Part shown: one piece after another, positions 1 to 10,894 of the stretch | How positions within the stretch are numbered: the stretch's first letter is position 1 | Layout of the letters: every line of letters begins with the position of its first letter | Source: Prasinococcaceae sp. CCMP 1430 | Lineage: Eukaryota; Plantae; Prasinodermophyta | DNA length: 64,000 nucleotides | Reading direction: 5' to 3' | Assembly (NCBI GenBank): GCA_013416795.1 | Contig: RQSC01000011.1 | Location: 112,721-176,720 of the forward strand | Position numbers and translations under genes: made by a program | Notes under the pieces: model-generated | The model's input: only the letters and a program-made list of their open reading frames with translations | Told to the model about the DNA's origin: nothing | Database searches by the model: none

Positions 1-2604
1 ATGTGGCAGGAGATCAACGAGCTCTTCACGAGCAGAGACGTCGATTCCGCGACTGCTGGGCGCTTTGCCCTAGCGAAAGCGGATGCCCTGCGCGAGCGCG
101 GCGCGTCTCCTGCTGCCGAGCGTGCCGCCGCCTCCGCGGCGTATGATTGGCTCGCATCCGGACCGCAAGATGTTCTCTCTGATCGTGCCGTCGAGCTCTT
201 GCAGCGGCGGGTGTGGCTACTCGGCGCAAAGGGCGCGACAGTCCCTACGCCCGAGGCGGAGAACCAGAGTCTCGTGCTGCTCGCCATATGGAGGCTCCTC
301 GAGGAGGGTCAGGTTGGGGCTGCGGCACGTCTCGCGCAGGAGTGCGACTATCTGCCCCGCGAGCTGGCGCTGTGCGAGGCGGCGGCTGCGGCGGCCGCGT
401 CGCCCCTCCCGCCCGTCACATCCTTGCCGTCGCTAGGCGAAGAGGCAGTGTCGCACCTCCCCCCGGAGGCCCTGACTGTCGGAACTGACGCATTGGCGGC
501 GGTCCGTGCCATCAGCGAAGCCATTGAGCCGGGGCGCGGGCGCTCCTTTGTTGAGAGGGTGGGCGCTGCCCTGGCTGCGGCCAGGGTGCTCGAGAGGACG
601 TACCCCGAGGCGATGGCGGCCGAGCCCCAGGCTTTGCTCGAGGATCTGCTGAGATGGGCGGCCGCGTTCGAGACCGTCATCCCGCGTGAAGGCGAAATCA
701 GCGAGGAGTGGGCTCTGTGTCGCCGCTACGTCAATGCGCACGCGTCGAGCGGAGCGGGCGCGCGCCCGGCGGACGCGCTCGCCTCGCTGCTGCTCGAGGG
801 CTCCCTCGGCGGCGCGGCCCCTCGAGGGGCTCCTTGCCGACGCCTCACGAGGCTGGTTCGGTCGAGTGCTGCGTTGGCCAGGTCGGTGGCCACCTGCGCT
901 GGCACCCATGCTGACGAGGTGGCGCACGCGCTTGTGAGGCGCACCCTGGAGCGCCGCCAGCAGCTGTCCGCGCCAGTCGAAGCCACTGCACTATCGGTGG
1001 CCGCTAGGCTATACGAGAGTGCTGGCGCTCGGGGCCTCGAGGGCGCCGACGTACTCGTATCTATCGCGAGTGCGCAAGCGCTTGACTGGTGTCAACAAGC
1101 GCTTTCGCAGCATCTGAACGATGGGCCAGACCTGCATCGAAAGAGGGACTCCGACGACTGCGCCCCTGCCATGGTTGCGCTTGCCCGCATCGCTTCTGTG
1201 GTGGTAAGCGACGCGCGTGCGCACACGGCCGGGATCGTCGATGCTGTCGTGCGAGGTCGTGCTGTGCGTGAGACGATCAGCGAGTTCCTAGCGCTCGCGG
1301 CGGATCTGGATGCCTTCGAAGGGGGCAGCAATGTTGCCAGGGCCTGTGCGAGTCCGCGTGATAGTGAGATGAACACCATGGGTTCCCTTGGAGGGCGTGG
1401 GAGTGCAGATTTTGGTGCAGATTTGGCGGTTGGCACTGGACCTAACGCCGCGCCCAAGCTCTCCACGTCTGTTGGTCGTAGCTTCATCGCGGCGCTGCTG
1501 GCGGCTGCTGAGCGCGTCGGGGGTGATGCGGGCCGCGAGGCGGCCGCGACGCTAAAGGACACGTGTCGCCTTGCACGCCTCGAGGGAGAGGCCCTTCGCG
1601 AGGCGGCTCTAGACATGATTGCAGCGGTCGCCGGAGTTGGCGGCACGCCATCGGAGGAATTCAACGGTGCTTCCACGCCACTAGGCCATGCCGCATCAGC
1701 AGGCGCGCCCGGCGCGGGCTCGCGTGGAGCGGCGGCCGTCGCGACCCCATCGCCCATCGCGGCGCTCAAGGCGCGTTTCGGTCTTTTCGACAGCCCCCGC
1801 CCAGCCACGAGCCCGTCCACAGACAAAGCCAGGGGCAAGGCGCTTCTCGCATCGGCGCACACGAGTCTCGCGGTGGCGTCGAGGCGCCTCGCCACCGCGG
1901 GCTGTGCGCGCGAGGCGGGGCGCTGCGAGGCGCTAGCCGCCGCGGTGGAGATGGCAGTCGACATGGTGCAGGCACCTATGCGCCTCACGCCCAATGTTGC
2001 AGCGCAGTGGCTCAGCTCCGTCCTCGCGGCGGAACAGGTGGCATTCCGCATGGCGTGCATCGCAGGCGGGCGTGTGCCGGCGGTGGCGGCCGCCGCCATT
2101 GAGGCGTGCGCCGACGCGGCTGCCTCGCCGGGGGGGCGCGCGGGGCCAACTGCTACTCGTGGGGCGTGGTCGCTTGGCGGCAAGGATGCCGCTGCCCTTG
2201 GCATGTCGCTGCCCACACATGCCGCACTCCAAGTGCTCGAGTGGGCCTACCGCGACAGCATCAGCAGCACCACGGCAGCAGGCGGCGGTAGCGGCAGCAA
2301 AACTTCCAAGGATAGGGACAGGGACGGCTCGTTGAGTGTCGCCGCGGCGCTCAGTGGCCTGCAGTCTGTGCTTGGGGAGGGCCTCGCGTGCGCTGCCCCC
2401 CTGCTACACCGGCTCGTGAGCGCGGGGCGCACCGATGGCGGCGGAGCGGGCGCGGCGGGCGACATGGAGGCGCAGCTGGTGGAGGTGCTCGGCGCTGTTT
2501 GTGACCGCTCGCTCGCGCTCACGCTCGCCGAGGCTTCAGGCATGGACTCTTCCGCGAGGGAATTCCGTGTGCGCATGGACGAATGGAAGGCACTGCCATG
2601 TTGA
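1..2604 (+). CDS. SPG11: Spatacsin (SPG11)-like protein, C-terminal part (5' end outside window)
   Basis: 867-aa open frame from base 1 with alpha-solenoid composition; 'WQEINELF...AGRFALAKADAL' followed by 'ELLQRRVWLL' resembles the pattern I recall from plant/animal spatacsin C-terminal halves. Recalled similarity only. Confidence 0.5.
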   Translation: MWQEINELFTSRDVDSATAGRFALAKADALRERGASPAAERAAASAAYDWLASGPQDVLSDRAVELLQRRVWLLGAKGATVPTPEAENQSLVLLAIWRLLEEGQVGAAARLAQECDYLPRELALCEAAAAAAASPLPPVTSLPSLGEEAVSHLPPEALTVGTDALAAVRAISEAIEPGRGRSFVERVGAALAAARVLERTYPEAMAAEPQALLEDLLRWAAAFETVIPREGEISEEWALCRRYVNAHASSGAGARPADALASLLLEGSLGGAAPRGAPCRRLTRLVRSSAALARSVATCAGTHADEVAHALVRRTLERRQQLSAPVEATALSVAARLYESAGARGLEGADVLVSIASAQALDWCQQALSQHLNDGPDLHRKRDSDDCAPAMVALARIASVVVSDARAHTAGIVDAVVRGRAVRETISEFLALAADLDAFEGGSNVARACASPRDSEMNTMGSLGGRGSADFGADLAVGTGPNAAPKLSTSVGRSFIAALLAAAERVGGDAGREAAATLKDTCRLARLEGEALREAALDMIAAVAGVGGTPSEEFNGASTPLGHAASAGAPGAGSRGAAAVATPSPIAALKARFGLFDSPRPATSPSTDKARGKALLASAHTSLAVASRRLATAGCAREAGRCEALAAAVEMAVDMVQAPMRLTPNVAAQWLSSVLAAEQVAFRMACIAGGRVPAVAAAAIEACADAAASPGGRAGPTATRGAWSLGGKDAAALGMSLPTHAALQVLEWAYRDSISSTTAAGGGSGSKTSKDRDRDGSLSVAAALSGLQSVLGEGLACAAPLLHRLVSAGRTDGGGAGAAGDMEAQLVEVLGAVCDRSLALTLAEASGMDSSAREFRVRMDEWKALPC

Positions 2605-2757
2605 GCGTTTGCCAACCATGCATAGTACGTAGTATTACTAAAATAGTGTACCAAGATAGGGGCGTTGCGCAGTAATATTGCGGTAGTACTAGCATTAATT
2701 AGAACTCTGTCTGCTGCGGATGGTGTCGATGTTGTGTCGCGCGAGGCTGGTCCTGCG

Positions 2758-4577
2758 CTACGTGATCCCGCTGGTGTTGCAATGGATGGACTTGAGCCCG
2801 GTCGTCGAATCAGTGTGCGGGAAACACATCCTACGGCAATGGCCAGGAATTGCCTCCTTGAACTTTCTCATTCTGCTCCAAAGCCCGTACCTGGCGGGGC
2901 AAGTGATTGGCGCTGTTAGCCGCGACACCCACGCAGCGCGAGGCGCTCGCGGCGCCATCCCGAAGCTCAGAGCGCTCCGGACCTTCCACATATCGGGACG
3001 CCATACATGCACGCCACCCGACCGCTGAGATGGCTGGGCCTACCCATGGCTCTCTTCATGTCCTGGTGAACGACAGGGAGCACCATTGAGGCAGGTGCAT
3101 CGCAGCCGTTGTTCAGATGCTTGGCTATCATCCAGCGACTGCAGCACTCGAAGGCCGCGTTGAAGTTGCGCAAGCGCGATGCCCCCATTTTGCGGTCCGT
3201 GGCCGCCGCGAGCGCAATCCCCACTCGCGTGTCCTCGAACCACAGTCTGCGCAGCGAGCACTTGTCCTGCAGATCAGTCGCGTTCGCGAAGTAATCGGGA
3301 TTGCCAGCGTCGAACTCCTTGGGCGAAGGGTGCCCAAGGAGCCCCGCTGCCCGCACCCACCCCGCTATGTCGTCGACGCTCGACGCGAACTCGTCCGGCA
3401 GGGGCCCGCCCGAAGCGGGGCCTCGCCACAGCGCCCTCGCGACCTGAAACGCCGCGTCTCGGCTGAGCAAGTACGACCAGCCCGCGGCGTATCGCGTGTG
3501 TGGACAGGTGTCGGGCCACTCGTCCTCGGTCAGGGACCACTTGTGCCCGGGCTTCCTTATCGGAATAAACCCCCATTTGGACTCAAGCGCGCCGGCAAAA
3601 ATGGCCTTGCCGTCGCCGTCGCCCTCCTCCGTCCCCCGGGAAAGGCCCGAGCCGCCGCCTTGCTCTAGCTGCTCCGTGGCCCGTTCACCCTGCGCGTACG
3701 CGCGATCCCATTGTTGCTGCGATATGGCGAACATCGAGAAGTAGATGTGCGCATTGGCCCAATTCACGTAGGCGTCGTCATCTACCTTGAGGATGAGCTC
3801 GGCCCGCGTGTGCGCCAGCGCCCAGAGGATCATCAAGTCGGTCTTGAGGTAGAGGTTATGGTAGCTCTCCTCGACGTCGAGCTTGAGTAGGTCGTCGGCA
3901 TGCCGCAGCTCGCGTACCGCCGCTTCGTTGGCGACACCCTCGTACGCTCGGTCGCCCGGCGGGTGGCCCACCACAAATCTCATATCAACCTGCCCTCGAA
4001 GGGGCGGCAGCTCCCTCACGTCGCGCGCGCCGTCAACGGCGAGGACTGAAGGGGGGAGCCCCGGCGCCCACTGGTGCGCCACGAAGTCCTCGTAGTGCGT
4101 GCGGGGCGACTCGGAGACGCCGGTCCCACCTCCGGCGGCACCGGCGAGGAGCTTCTCCCGCTGCTGAGCGTCAAAGTCAAAGTAGTCGCGCAGGATGGCT
4201 CTTTGTAGGGCGCGTCGCTCGTAGCCCTCGGCGTCGCAGCAGGTGCTCATCAGGCCCACGAACATGGTCGCGCGCCCCGCCACGACCGACGGCGCCGCCG
4301 CCGCGCTCGCCGCGGGGGCCGAGCGCGTGCAGGCGCGCCACCCAGCCCGCGAACTCGGGGGCGTTGGGGATGGTCGCCTCCTCCACACCGGGCCAACAAC
4401 GCGCGCGACGCGACATTGCCGCCGCTCCGCCCCGCGGGGAAGTGCAAGCCACCCACACACGCGAGGGGCGAAGCGCCGGCACCGGGGGGCACGTCGGGCT
4501 GCCTTCGCAGGCGGCCAGCTGTACACACGCGCTCGCGCAACAGCCTCCTCCCGCCGCAGCCACGGGCAACGCCACAT
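2758..4577 (-). CDS. GT31 (beta-1,3-galactosyltransferase family) glycosyltransferase; proposed join(complement 3044..~4577, 2758..2912)
   Basis: GT31 motifs LILKVDDDAYVN (DxD), YAAGWSYLLSRDAA, FEDTRVGIAL. Putative last intron 3043..2913 (donor GTAGGC, acceptor GCTAACAG) gives an in-frame Cys-rich terminal exon. N-terminus uncertain. Confidence 0.8.
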
Positions 4578-5138
4578 GCGAGCGCATGGGAGGGCGCTAC
4601 AGGCCCCACGCCGTCGCCATGCACTAAGGTGCGGCAGCCGGCATCACCGGCGGCTCACGGGAGAGGTGACTGGGGCCGAACCTCGCCGCTGGCAGAAAAG
4701 TATAGGGTTTATGTGTTATAGTAACTTGCATGTGATATGTGTTTGGGTTTGGGTATTGACCGCAAATATCGCGATCGTGCGCGCGGGCGCGCGAGCGCTG
4801 TTAGTCCGCGCGGCGCCGCGCGCGCGCAAATGCGCGCGGCGCCACAGGCCGCGCTTTGCGCGGGCGGGGGCGGGGGAGAGGGGAGGAGGGTCGCGCGTGG
4901 GTGGTGGTGGGGTCGTCCGACAGGAGCGGGGGGTGCGAACCCCGGCAGGCGCGGGTGAACGCGGGGCGAGAGGCGTGTGTGGGGGGGGGGGGAGCGCCGC
5001 GCGCGCGTGCGCGGCGGCGCCCCGGGTTTGGGCCACGAAAAAAGTGTGTTAGGGTTGGAGGGCCGGCCAGGAGGAAGGGGGAATCTTCTGAAAGGTCGGC
5101 GCTGCCGCATTTGCCACCCATCGCAAGGGCGTGCCGCC

Positions 5139-7040
5139 ATGGTGGCGAGCGGCGCCTTGATGGGCCCGCAGCTCTCCGACAGCCTAGAGACGGCGTCCAA
5201 GTTCGTGCGCGACTACGTTGCGGCCGTGTCCGACGGGAGGCTGCAGGGCTACTCGCGCACCGAGCGCCGCGTGCGCGAGGCCACGCGCAATGAGCCGTGG
5301 GGCCCGACCGGCCCCATCCTCCAGGAGCTCGCGGCGATCACCTTCGACCACGCAGAGATCGGCCCGATACTGGCGATGCTGGCTCGCCGCCTCGACTCGA
5401 CGGGCTTCGAGTGGCGACATGTTTACAAGGCCCTCACTGTGATTGAGTACCTCGCCACAAGGGGCTCCGAGGCCTTTGCTGGCGCAGCGAGGGGCCTCGT
5501 GCCCAAGATATCCGTCCTTACGGACACTACCGGCGACGGCATCGGTTTCCAGTACGTGGATCCGAAGACGCACAAGGACGAGGGTATCAACGTGCGACAC
5601 AAGGCGGTACGTGATGTTGATGAGCAGTCTTGGGCCGCTGACAGCAGCACGCCCATTCCACGTCGATGTATCGCGTGCGCCGCGTTCCCTGCGCTTGCAC
5701 CTTGAGGTGGTAGACGGAGCTGCCCTGGGCGCGTTGAGAAAGCATGCACAGTGCTGACAGAGTTGGCCGCGCCGCCCATTATTTCGGCGCGAGCTTGATA
5801 GTCACAGCTGCACGCGCTGCTCAGTGACTCGGACGCCCTGCTCAACGAGCGCTCCAAGGAGCACCGCACATACGGCGGCATGTCGAGCGACGAGTCCAGG
5901 GCGACCGCAGCGCAACAGCCGCCGCCCGCGGACCAGTACACCGCAGCCGCACAGGCCCGTTATAACGGATTGGCCGCGCCACAACAACAACCGCAGCGCG
6001 GTCACGGCGATATGTCATTCGTGTCATCGTATACCTCCTCCACGTCGCAACAGGGCTCCGCCTCCAACTCTTCTACCACGGGTGGGCACGACGGCTTTTC
6101 GCTCGCCACGGGCGGCCCCTCACAAAACCGCGTGGCTACAACCATGGCCACTCCCGAGCCGGCGCGGGTTCCTGCAGGCCAGGGCCGTGCCGCAGGCGAG
6201 ACCAAGGGAGTGACGGCGGAGCAGAACAAAAAGCACCTGCAGGCTTTGGCGCGACTCATGAAGCTGCCACACAACCGAGAGTGCGCGGATTGCAGGGCCA
6301 AGAACCCGCGATGGTGTTCCGTGAGCTGCGGCGTCTTTATCTGCATGAGGTGCAGCGGGATCCACCGTGGGCTTGGCGTCCATATCACGAAGGTGCGCTC
6401 CTGCTCGCTGGACACGTTCCTGCCCGAGCAGGTGCGCTTTCTGGCGCGCACAGGCAACGCTGTCGCCAACTCGTACTGGGAGGCGCGCCTGCCGCCCAAC
6501 GAGCGCCCTCATTCGGCGGGCCTCGAAGGGAAGACGACCATCAACATCGAGCGCTTCATTCGCAACAAGTACGAGGGCAAGTGGGTCGCGCCAGGTTCAA
6601 TCTGGCCGCCGCCTGGAGACGCCCCCCCAGCGACTGCCGTGGACCCGGCCAACGGCGCGCAGCCCCCTCATCACAGCGTGTCAGCGCCGTCTCTCATCAC
6701 CGCAGGAGCGCAGCAGGCGCAACAGCAGCCGTCAAACATGGACGCGCTCTTTGGACTGCAGATATCGAGCACCGCCGCTCCTGCGTCGGCCGGACCGGCT
6801 GCGGCAGCTGCTGCACCCGTGGAGTACGGGCTGGCCAGTACACCTGCCGTGCAACAGGCTCCTGAGGAGGATGCCTTTGCGTATCTGCACAGCCCTGGCG
6901 GCAGCAACAACAGCGCGCCGGTCGCTGTCGCCGGTGCCGGCCCGCCTGCTGCGTCGGGGGGCAACATGCTAGCTGCAATGCTCCAGACGCCGAGTGCGGC
7001 ACCCGCCAATGCGAACAAGGGCTACGATCTGCTGCTGTGA
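5139..7040 (+). CDS. ENTH (epsin)-ArfGAP fusion protein; join(5139..5606, 5802..7040)
   Basis: ENTH motifs [34 protein letters not shown]; intron 5607..5801 (GTACGT...TAG; alternative acceptor 5807) continues SQLHALLSD in frame into an ArfGAP zinc finger CADC-x16-CMRC-x4-R (AGD5/SMAP-like: [25 protein letters not shown]). Confidence 0.85.
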
Positions 7041-7191
7041 GTACGGGCGGGGCGTGCCCGCGCCCAGACGACGTAGCTCTCGCATCGGTTGCTTCTTCTG
7101 AGCTAGCTAGCGACAGCGGCGTCGGTGGATCGCCACGTGATTTGGTCCATTGTTATTACATGAAAGTTTTGATTGCGCTCCTCCGTCGCGA

Positions 7192-8547
7192 TCATGTGCT
7201 TGGTCTGCCGCCCGTGGCCGCGCAGCGCGCAGCGCATGCAAGCATGGTCACGACGTCGCGGATCCCGGACCCCTCGATGCTCCTGCTCTTCATGTCGTAG
7301 AGCGCGCGACTGTGGATCGAATGCCTGTTGAACACAGGCTCGAACTCACTAAGCTGGAGTTGGCCGTCTCCGTTTTGGTCGAAGATGAGGTACATGACAT
7401 CAACCATAACGTCAGTGATGAGACCTTGGCAGTTCGGGTTGGCTGCGACCAGCGCGTGCTTAAAGTCGTGCTTGCTGAGGCCACGACTCGCATCACGCGC
7501 GTACGCATTGAGCGCCACCATGAGCTGCTCCGCGCGCTCGTTGCGCAGCTCAGCCATGGCACAAAACTGCTCGAAGCTCACGAGGAACTGCGGGTCCTCG
7601 CTATCTAGCGGCAAGCCCAGGCTCGGCAGCTGCACCAGGCGGCGCTTGTACGCCGGCACATCGCGGCTGTGCGCGTTGGCGATCAGCGACTCTGCGAAGT
7701 CGCGCAGCGAGATACTGCCCCTGTTCTCCACGTCGTAGTGCTCAAACTCGAGCCGCATAACGGCGCGATGCACGCGCATGAGCATTTCCTGGAAAGCGGG
7801 AAGCGTGATCTTGCGGTCAAGGCGCTCACCGAAATGGTGGCGCATGAAGCGCGTGCGCTTCCAGTCCACGTGCCTTGTGTCCCAGGTGAAGGTACGCTTG
7901 CGACATAGCACCGTCACCGCCTGCGTGAACTCGTCCGCGTCGATGACGCCATTGCCGTCGACATCAAACATGTTGAAGGCCACATCAGTGCGGCCACCCG
8001 ACGTGGGGATGTTCAGCATAGCGTGGAAGAGCACGAACTCGTCGAAGGAGATGAGGCCGTCCTCGTCCAGGTCGAAGTCGTCGAAGAGCGCTCTCGCATT
8101 GCGCGTCGTCGAGCGCAGGGCTCGCTCGCGGACCTTGACAGCAGAGGCGCTGCCCGACGCGTCCGAGCCCGGGCCCTCGTCCGGCGCGACCGCATCCGCC
8201 TTATGGCGCGGCGCCCTTGGAAACGTTGGCACGCACCCTCGGAGGAAGTTGTCGCGCGTCATCTTGCGCTCGCCCGTCGCCGGGTCCGTGTGCTTCGCAA
8301 AGGCCGCGAAGATGGTGTGCGCAGGCGCGGCCTTCAAGGCGAGGAAGCCGTCACCGAACATGTACGCGTCTGCGTCGTCCTTTCCATCGCCATCCTGGCT
8401 GGTGCCCCCGTCACCGCTCGAGCCGTCGTCGCCTGCGCCCGCAGCTCGGCGGGCCTCCTCGGCGAGGAGCGTGCGACCACCAAACGCCATGCCGAGGCGC
8501 GCGACGAGCCCCGCGCCGCCGGCGCCGTTCGCGCCCGCACCAAACAT
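7192..8547 (-). CDS. MICU: Mitochondrial calcium uptake protein (MICU family, EF-hands); 5' exon(s) uncertain
   Basis: KMTRDNFL, EF-hands DLDEDGLISFDEF, DVDGNGVIDADEF, DQNGDGQLQLSEF and 'VMRLEFEHYD' match the MICU layout. ATG at 8547 is provisional; the ORF is open to 8922. Confidence 0.8.
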   Translation of the reverse strand: MFGAGANGAGGAGLVARLGMAFGGRTLLAEEARRAAGAGDDGSSGDGGTSQDGDGKDDADAYMFGDGFLALKAAPAHTIFAAFAKHTDPATGERKMTRDNFLRGCVPTFPRAPRHKADAVAPDEGPGSDASGSASAVKVRERALRSTTRNARALFDDFDLDEDGLISFDEFVLFHAMLNIPTSGGRTDVAFNMFDVDGNGVIDADEFTQAVTVLCRKRTFTWDTRHVDWKRTRFMRHHFGERLDRKITLPAFQEMLMRVHRAVMRLEFEHYDVENRGSISLRDFAESLIANAHSRDVPAYKRRLVQLPSLGLPLDSEDPQFLVSFEQFCAMAELRNERAEQLMVALNAYARDASRGLSKHDFKHALVAANPNCQGLITDVMVDVMYLIFDQNGDGQLQLSEFEPVFNRHSIHSRALYDMKSRSIEGSGIRDVVTMLACAARCAATGGRPST

Positions 8548-9166
8548 GCCACCTTCCTCGACCACATCGCCGCCGCACCCGTCCGCTCGCTCGTGCTCCG
8601 GCCTACCCCTTGCCGACGACACCGAAGTCGTCGTCAGAATCGCCCGACCGCGCCCATCGCGACCCCGGGCTCCCGCGGGCCCCTGCCGCGCCGCGCGCGG
8701 CCACAACCCCTCCCGCCCCCCCTTGTTTGCGCAAGCGCAGGCTGGGGCACGCCGCGGGGAGAGGTGTGCGGGTGGGGGAAGGCAGCGCTGTGGCACGCGC
8801 GCACAAGCGAGCTCCATGAACGCGCGCGCGCGCGCGCGCGACAAAAACAGGACGAAAAAAAGAAGAAAACAAACGACGAAGGCGTTTTTTTGGGGGGATT
8901 TTCCTTTTTTTTTTTGCCACACCGACCCCCGGATCAGGACCTCGGTCGGAAGGAACCGCCTCCATCGAAAGGCACCCGAACGTGTCGCGCCTCATGCGGA
9001 TGCTCTCTTCGAGTTCCTCCGAGCGAACCGAACCAAAGCTCGAAAATGGCAGTTTTTTTTTTCTTTTTTCGGGCGCGCGCGTGTCGGTTTCGTGTGTGTG
9101 TGTGTGGAATGCAGGCGGACTTTGGGGCCACACCGCAGCGCTGGCGAGGGGCTGCGCAGCTGCCTT

Positions 9167-9179
9167 CCCCCCCCCCCCG

Positions 9180-9231
<52 letters not shown>
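9167..9231 (+). repeat. Poly-C tract (~65 nt, one G interruption at 9179)
   Basis: Directly visible homopolymer between the divergent MICU and EAF6 genes. Confidence 0.95.
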
Positions 9232-9338
9232 TGCTCCCGCTCCCGCTCCCCCGCCCGCCCTCCCCTGCCTGCCTGCCTGCCGCCACAGCCGCGCGCGACG
9301 CCCGCGATCCCCCCCTCCCCCACACAGGGCCGCCGCCG

Positions 9339-9794
9339 ATGAGCGTGCTGGACAAGCTCCAGGAGCGCAAGGCCAAGCTCGAGGAGGAGCTCGTCAACGT
9401 CGAGGCGCAGGTGCGCGGGCGCCGGGGCGCCACGCGTGCAACCCTAGCGCGCGGGGCGGTGGGCGCGAGCGGACGGCGCGCGGCGCGGCGGGCGGCTGGG
9501 CGCGCGCCGGCAGCATCCCCTGCCATCTCCGATCCCTGAAAGACCGCCGCCGCAGCCGCCGTGCTAACCGCTGGCACGCGCGCCCGGCTCCTCTGCACAC
9601 AGCTCTTCGACCTTGAGACGTCCTATTTGAACGACTCGGCGGCGTGCGGCACCGTGCTGCACGGCTTCGAGACGTTCCTGACCGCGAACAAGACAGCCTC
9701 GAGCGCGAAAAAGCCCAAGGCTTTCAAGCCCGAGGAACGCCTGTTCTCCCTGAGCAGTGTGACAAGCCCAGCGTCGCGGGACGGTGCGCATTAG
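9339..9794 (+). CDS. EAF6: NuA4/MOZ complex subunit Eaf6; join(9339..9410, 9603..9794), 87 aa
   Basis: MSVLDKLQERKAKLEEELVNVEAQ | LFDLETSYL...GTVLHGFE...EERLFSLSSVTS; phase-0 intron GTGCGC...GCTAAC...CAG. Confidence 0.9.
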
Positions 9795-9963
9795 CTTCGG
9801 CGGCCGCCAGAACGGGGAGGAGCGTCGGCGAGAGGGGGCCGCTCAACTTGATTGCAGCTAGGGGCGCACGAACACGCCCACGGCGTCTGTGCGAAAAGGC
9901 GCTTGGTCGGGAGTCGAGGCACACTGCAGCCGCTCGGCGTCTGGAGGCGCACCCGGCGCGCAT

Positions 9964-10728
9964 ATGGAGGACGCAGACGTGCAAGGCGAGGGTGGGGTCC
10001 CGGCGGCTGACGGCGCCGTGCTGGATGTCGCCGCCGAGGATGCCGCCAAGGCGAGCACGTTTCACCCCACACAAAAGGCTGCGGACGGCGGCGAGGATGA
10101 GGACGAGGATACTGTGCCAGGAGGGCGTTGCATGGTGTGCATCGTCGCACGCGCGCACGGCTGTGGCACGAACACAGCGTCGGAGCGGTGCACACGCAGG
10201 ATTGAGCTCGAGCGCTCTGGGCTGGCGGTGCCAGAGGGAATACCACCGCTTGAGCGCGCCGAGGTCGCCGAGGCCGCAGTAGCCGAAACCAGCGGCCGCA
10301 TCCCTCCGTCCGAGGACGATGTTGAGCCATCTAAAGGTGCGCTGGACATTGTCGCACGTATGGTTGTGGAAGCTCAACCGGAGCTCGGGCCTGTGCTGGA
10401 AGCGCTCGCGGACAGGCAGGAGCCTCCCCGAGCACCAGTCAAAATTGCTCCGCCCGCGCCTCCGCGGCCGGAAGGCCTCAAGACTCTCGACCTGCGCGTG
10501 GCGTCGCGCTCCGCGGTGCTGACAGCCGTGAAGGCGTCCGCAGCGGGCGATGCAACCAAAGACTTCGACCGCGGTCTGGAGCCACCTGAACACCTGCGCG
10601 ACGCGGCCAAGGCGCTGGCAAACGAGGCATCAAAGGCGCGCAAGGTGTTCAAGCGGAAGCACGGCGGTGCACACCCTGCACGGCGGCCCAAGAAGGTGGA
10701 ACCGAAGTTGGAGGTCAACTTCTCTTGA
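9964..10728 (+). CDS. Hypothetical protein with putative C4 zinc finger (C-x2-C-x7-CGT-x6-C) and basic C-terminus
   Basis: Acidic N-terminus, CMVCIVARAHGCGTNTASERC at 10129..10191, C-terminal KVFKRKHGG...RRPKK; followed by an AT-rich convergent terminator region. Confidence 0.65.
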   Translation: MEDADVQGEGGVPAADGAVLDVAAEDAAKASTFHPTQKAADGGEDEDEDTVPGGRCMVCIVARAHGCGTNTASERCTRRIELERSGLAVPEGIPPLERAEVAEAAVAETSGRIPPSEDDVEPSKGALDIVARMVVEAQPELGPVLEALADRQEPPRAPVKIAPPAPPRPEGLKTLDLRVASRSAVLTAVKASAAGDATKDFDRGLEPPEHLRDAAKALANEASKARKVFKRKHGGAHPARRPKKVEPKLEVNFS

Positions 10729-10894
10729 CACGCTCTACTCTAGCTCCAGAGCTACTGTAGCAACAATAGGTCGCAAGTAGGTCTCTCTCTATGCTTGGTA
10801 GGGAGAGCTCTAGCCTAGCCAACAATGGTTGTGAGTACACCTTGTAGAATACTATTTGAAGACTCCTAGAATGTTATATTAGGCGGGCGGACTT

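Noticed and set aside
2665-3089. Small plus-strand ORFs between the SPG11-like and GT31 genes
   Set aside because: No domain evidence; they overlap the proposed GT31 terminal exon on the opposite strand.
4177-4587. Alternative-frame N-terminus for GT31 (MRSHVALPVAAAGGG...) as a programmed frameshift
   Set aside because: No slippery site seen; an unresolved intron or assembly indel in GC-rich DNA is the simpler explanation.
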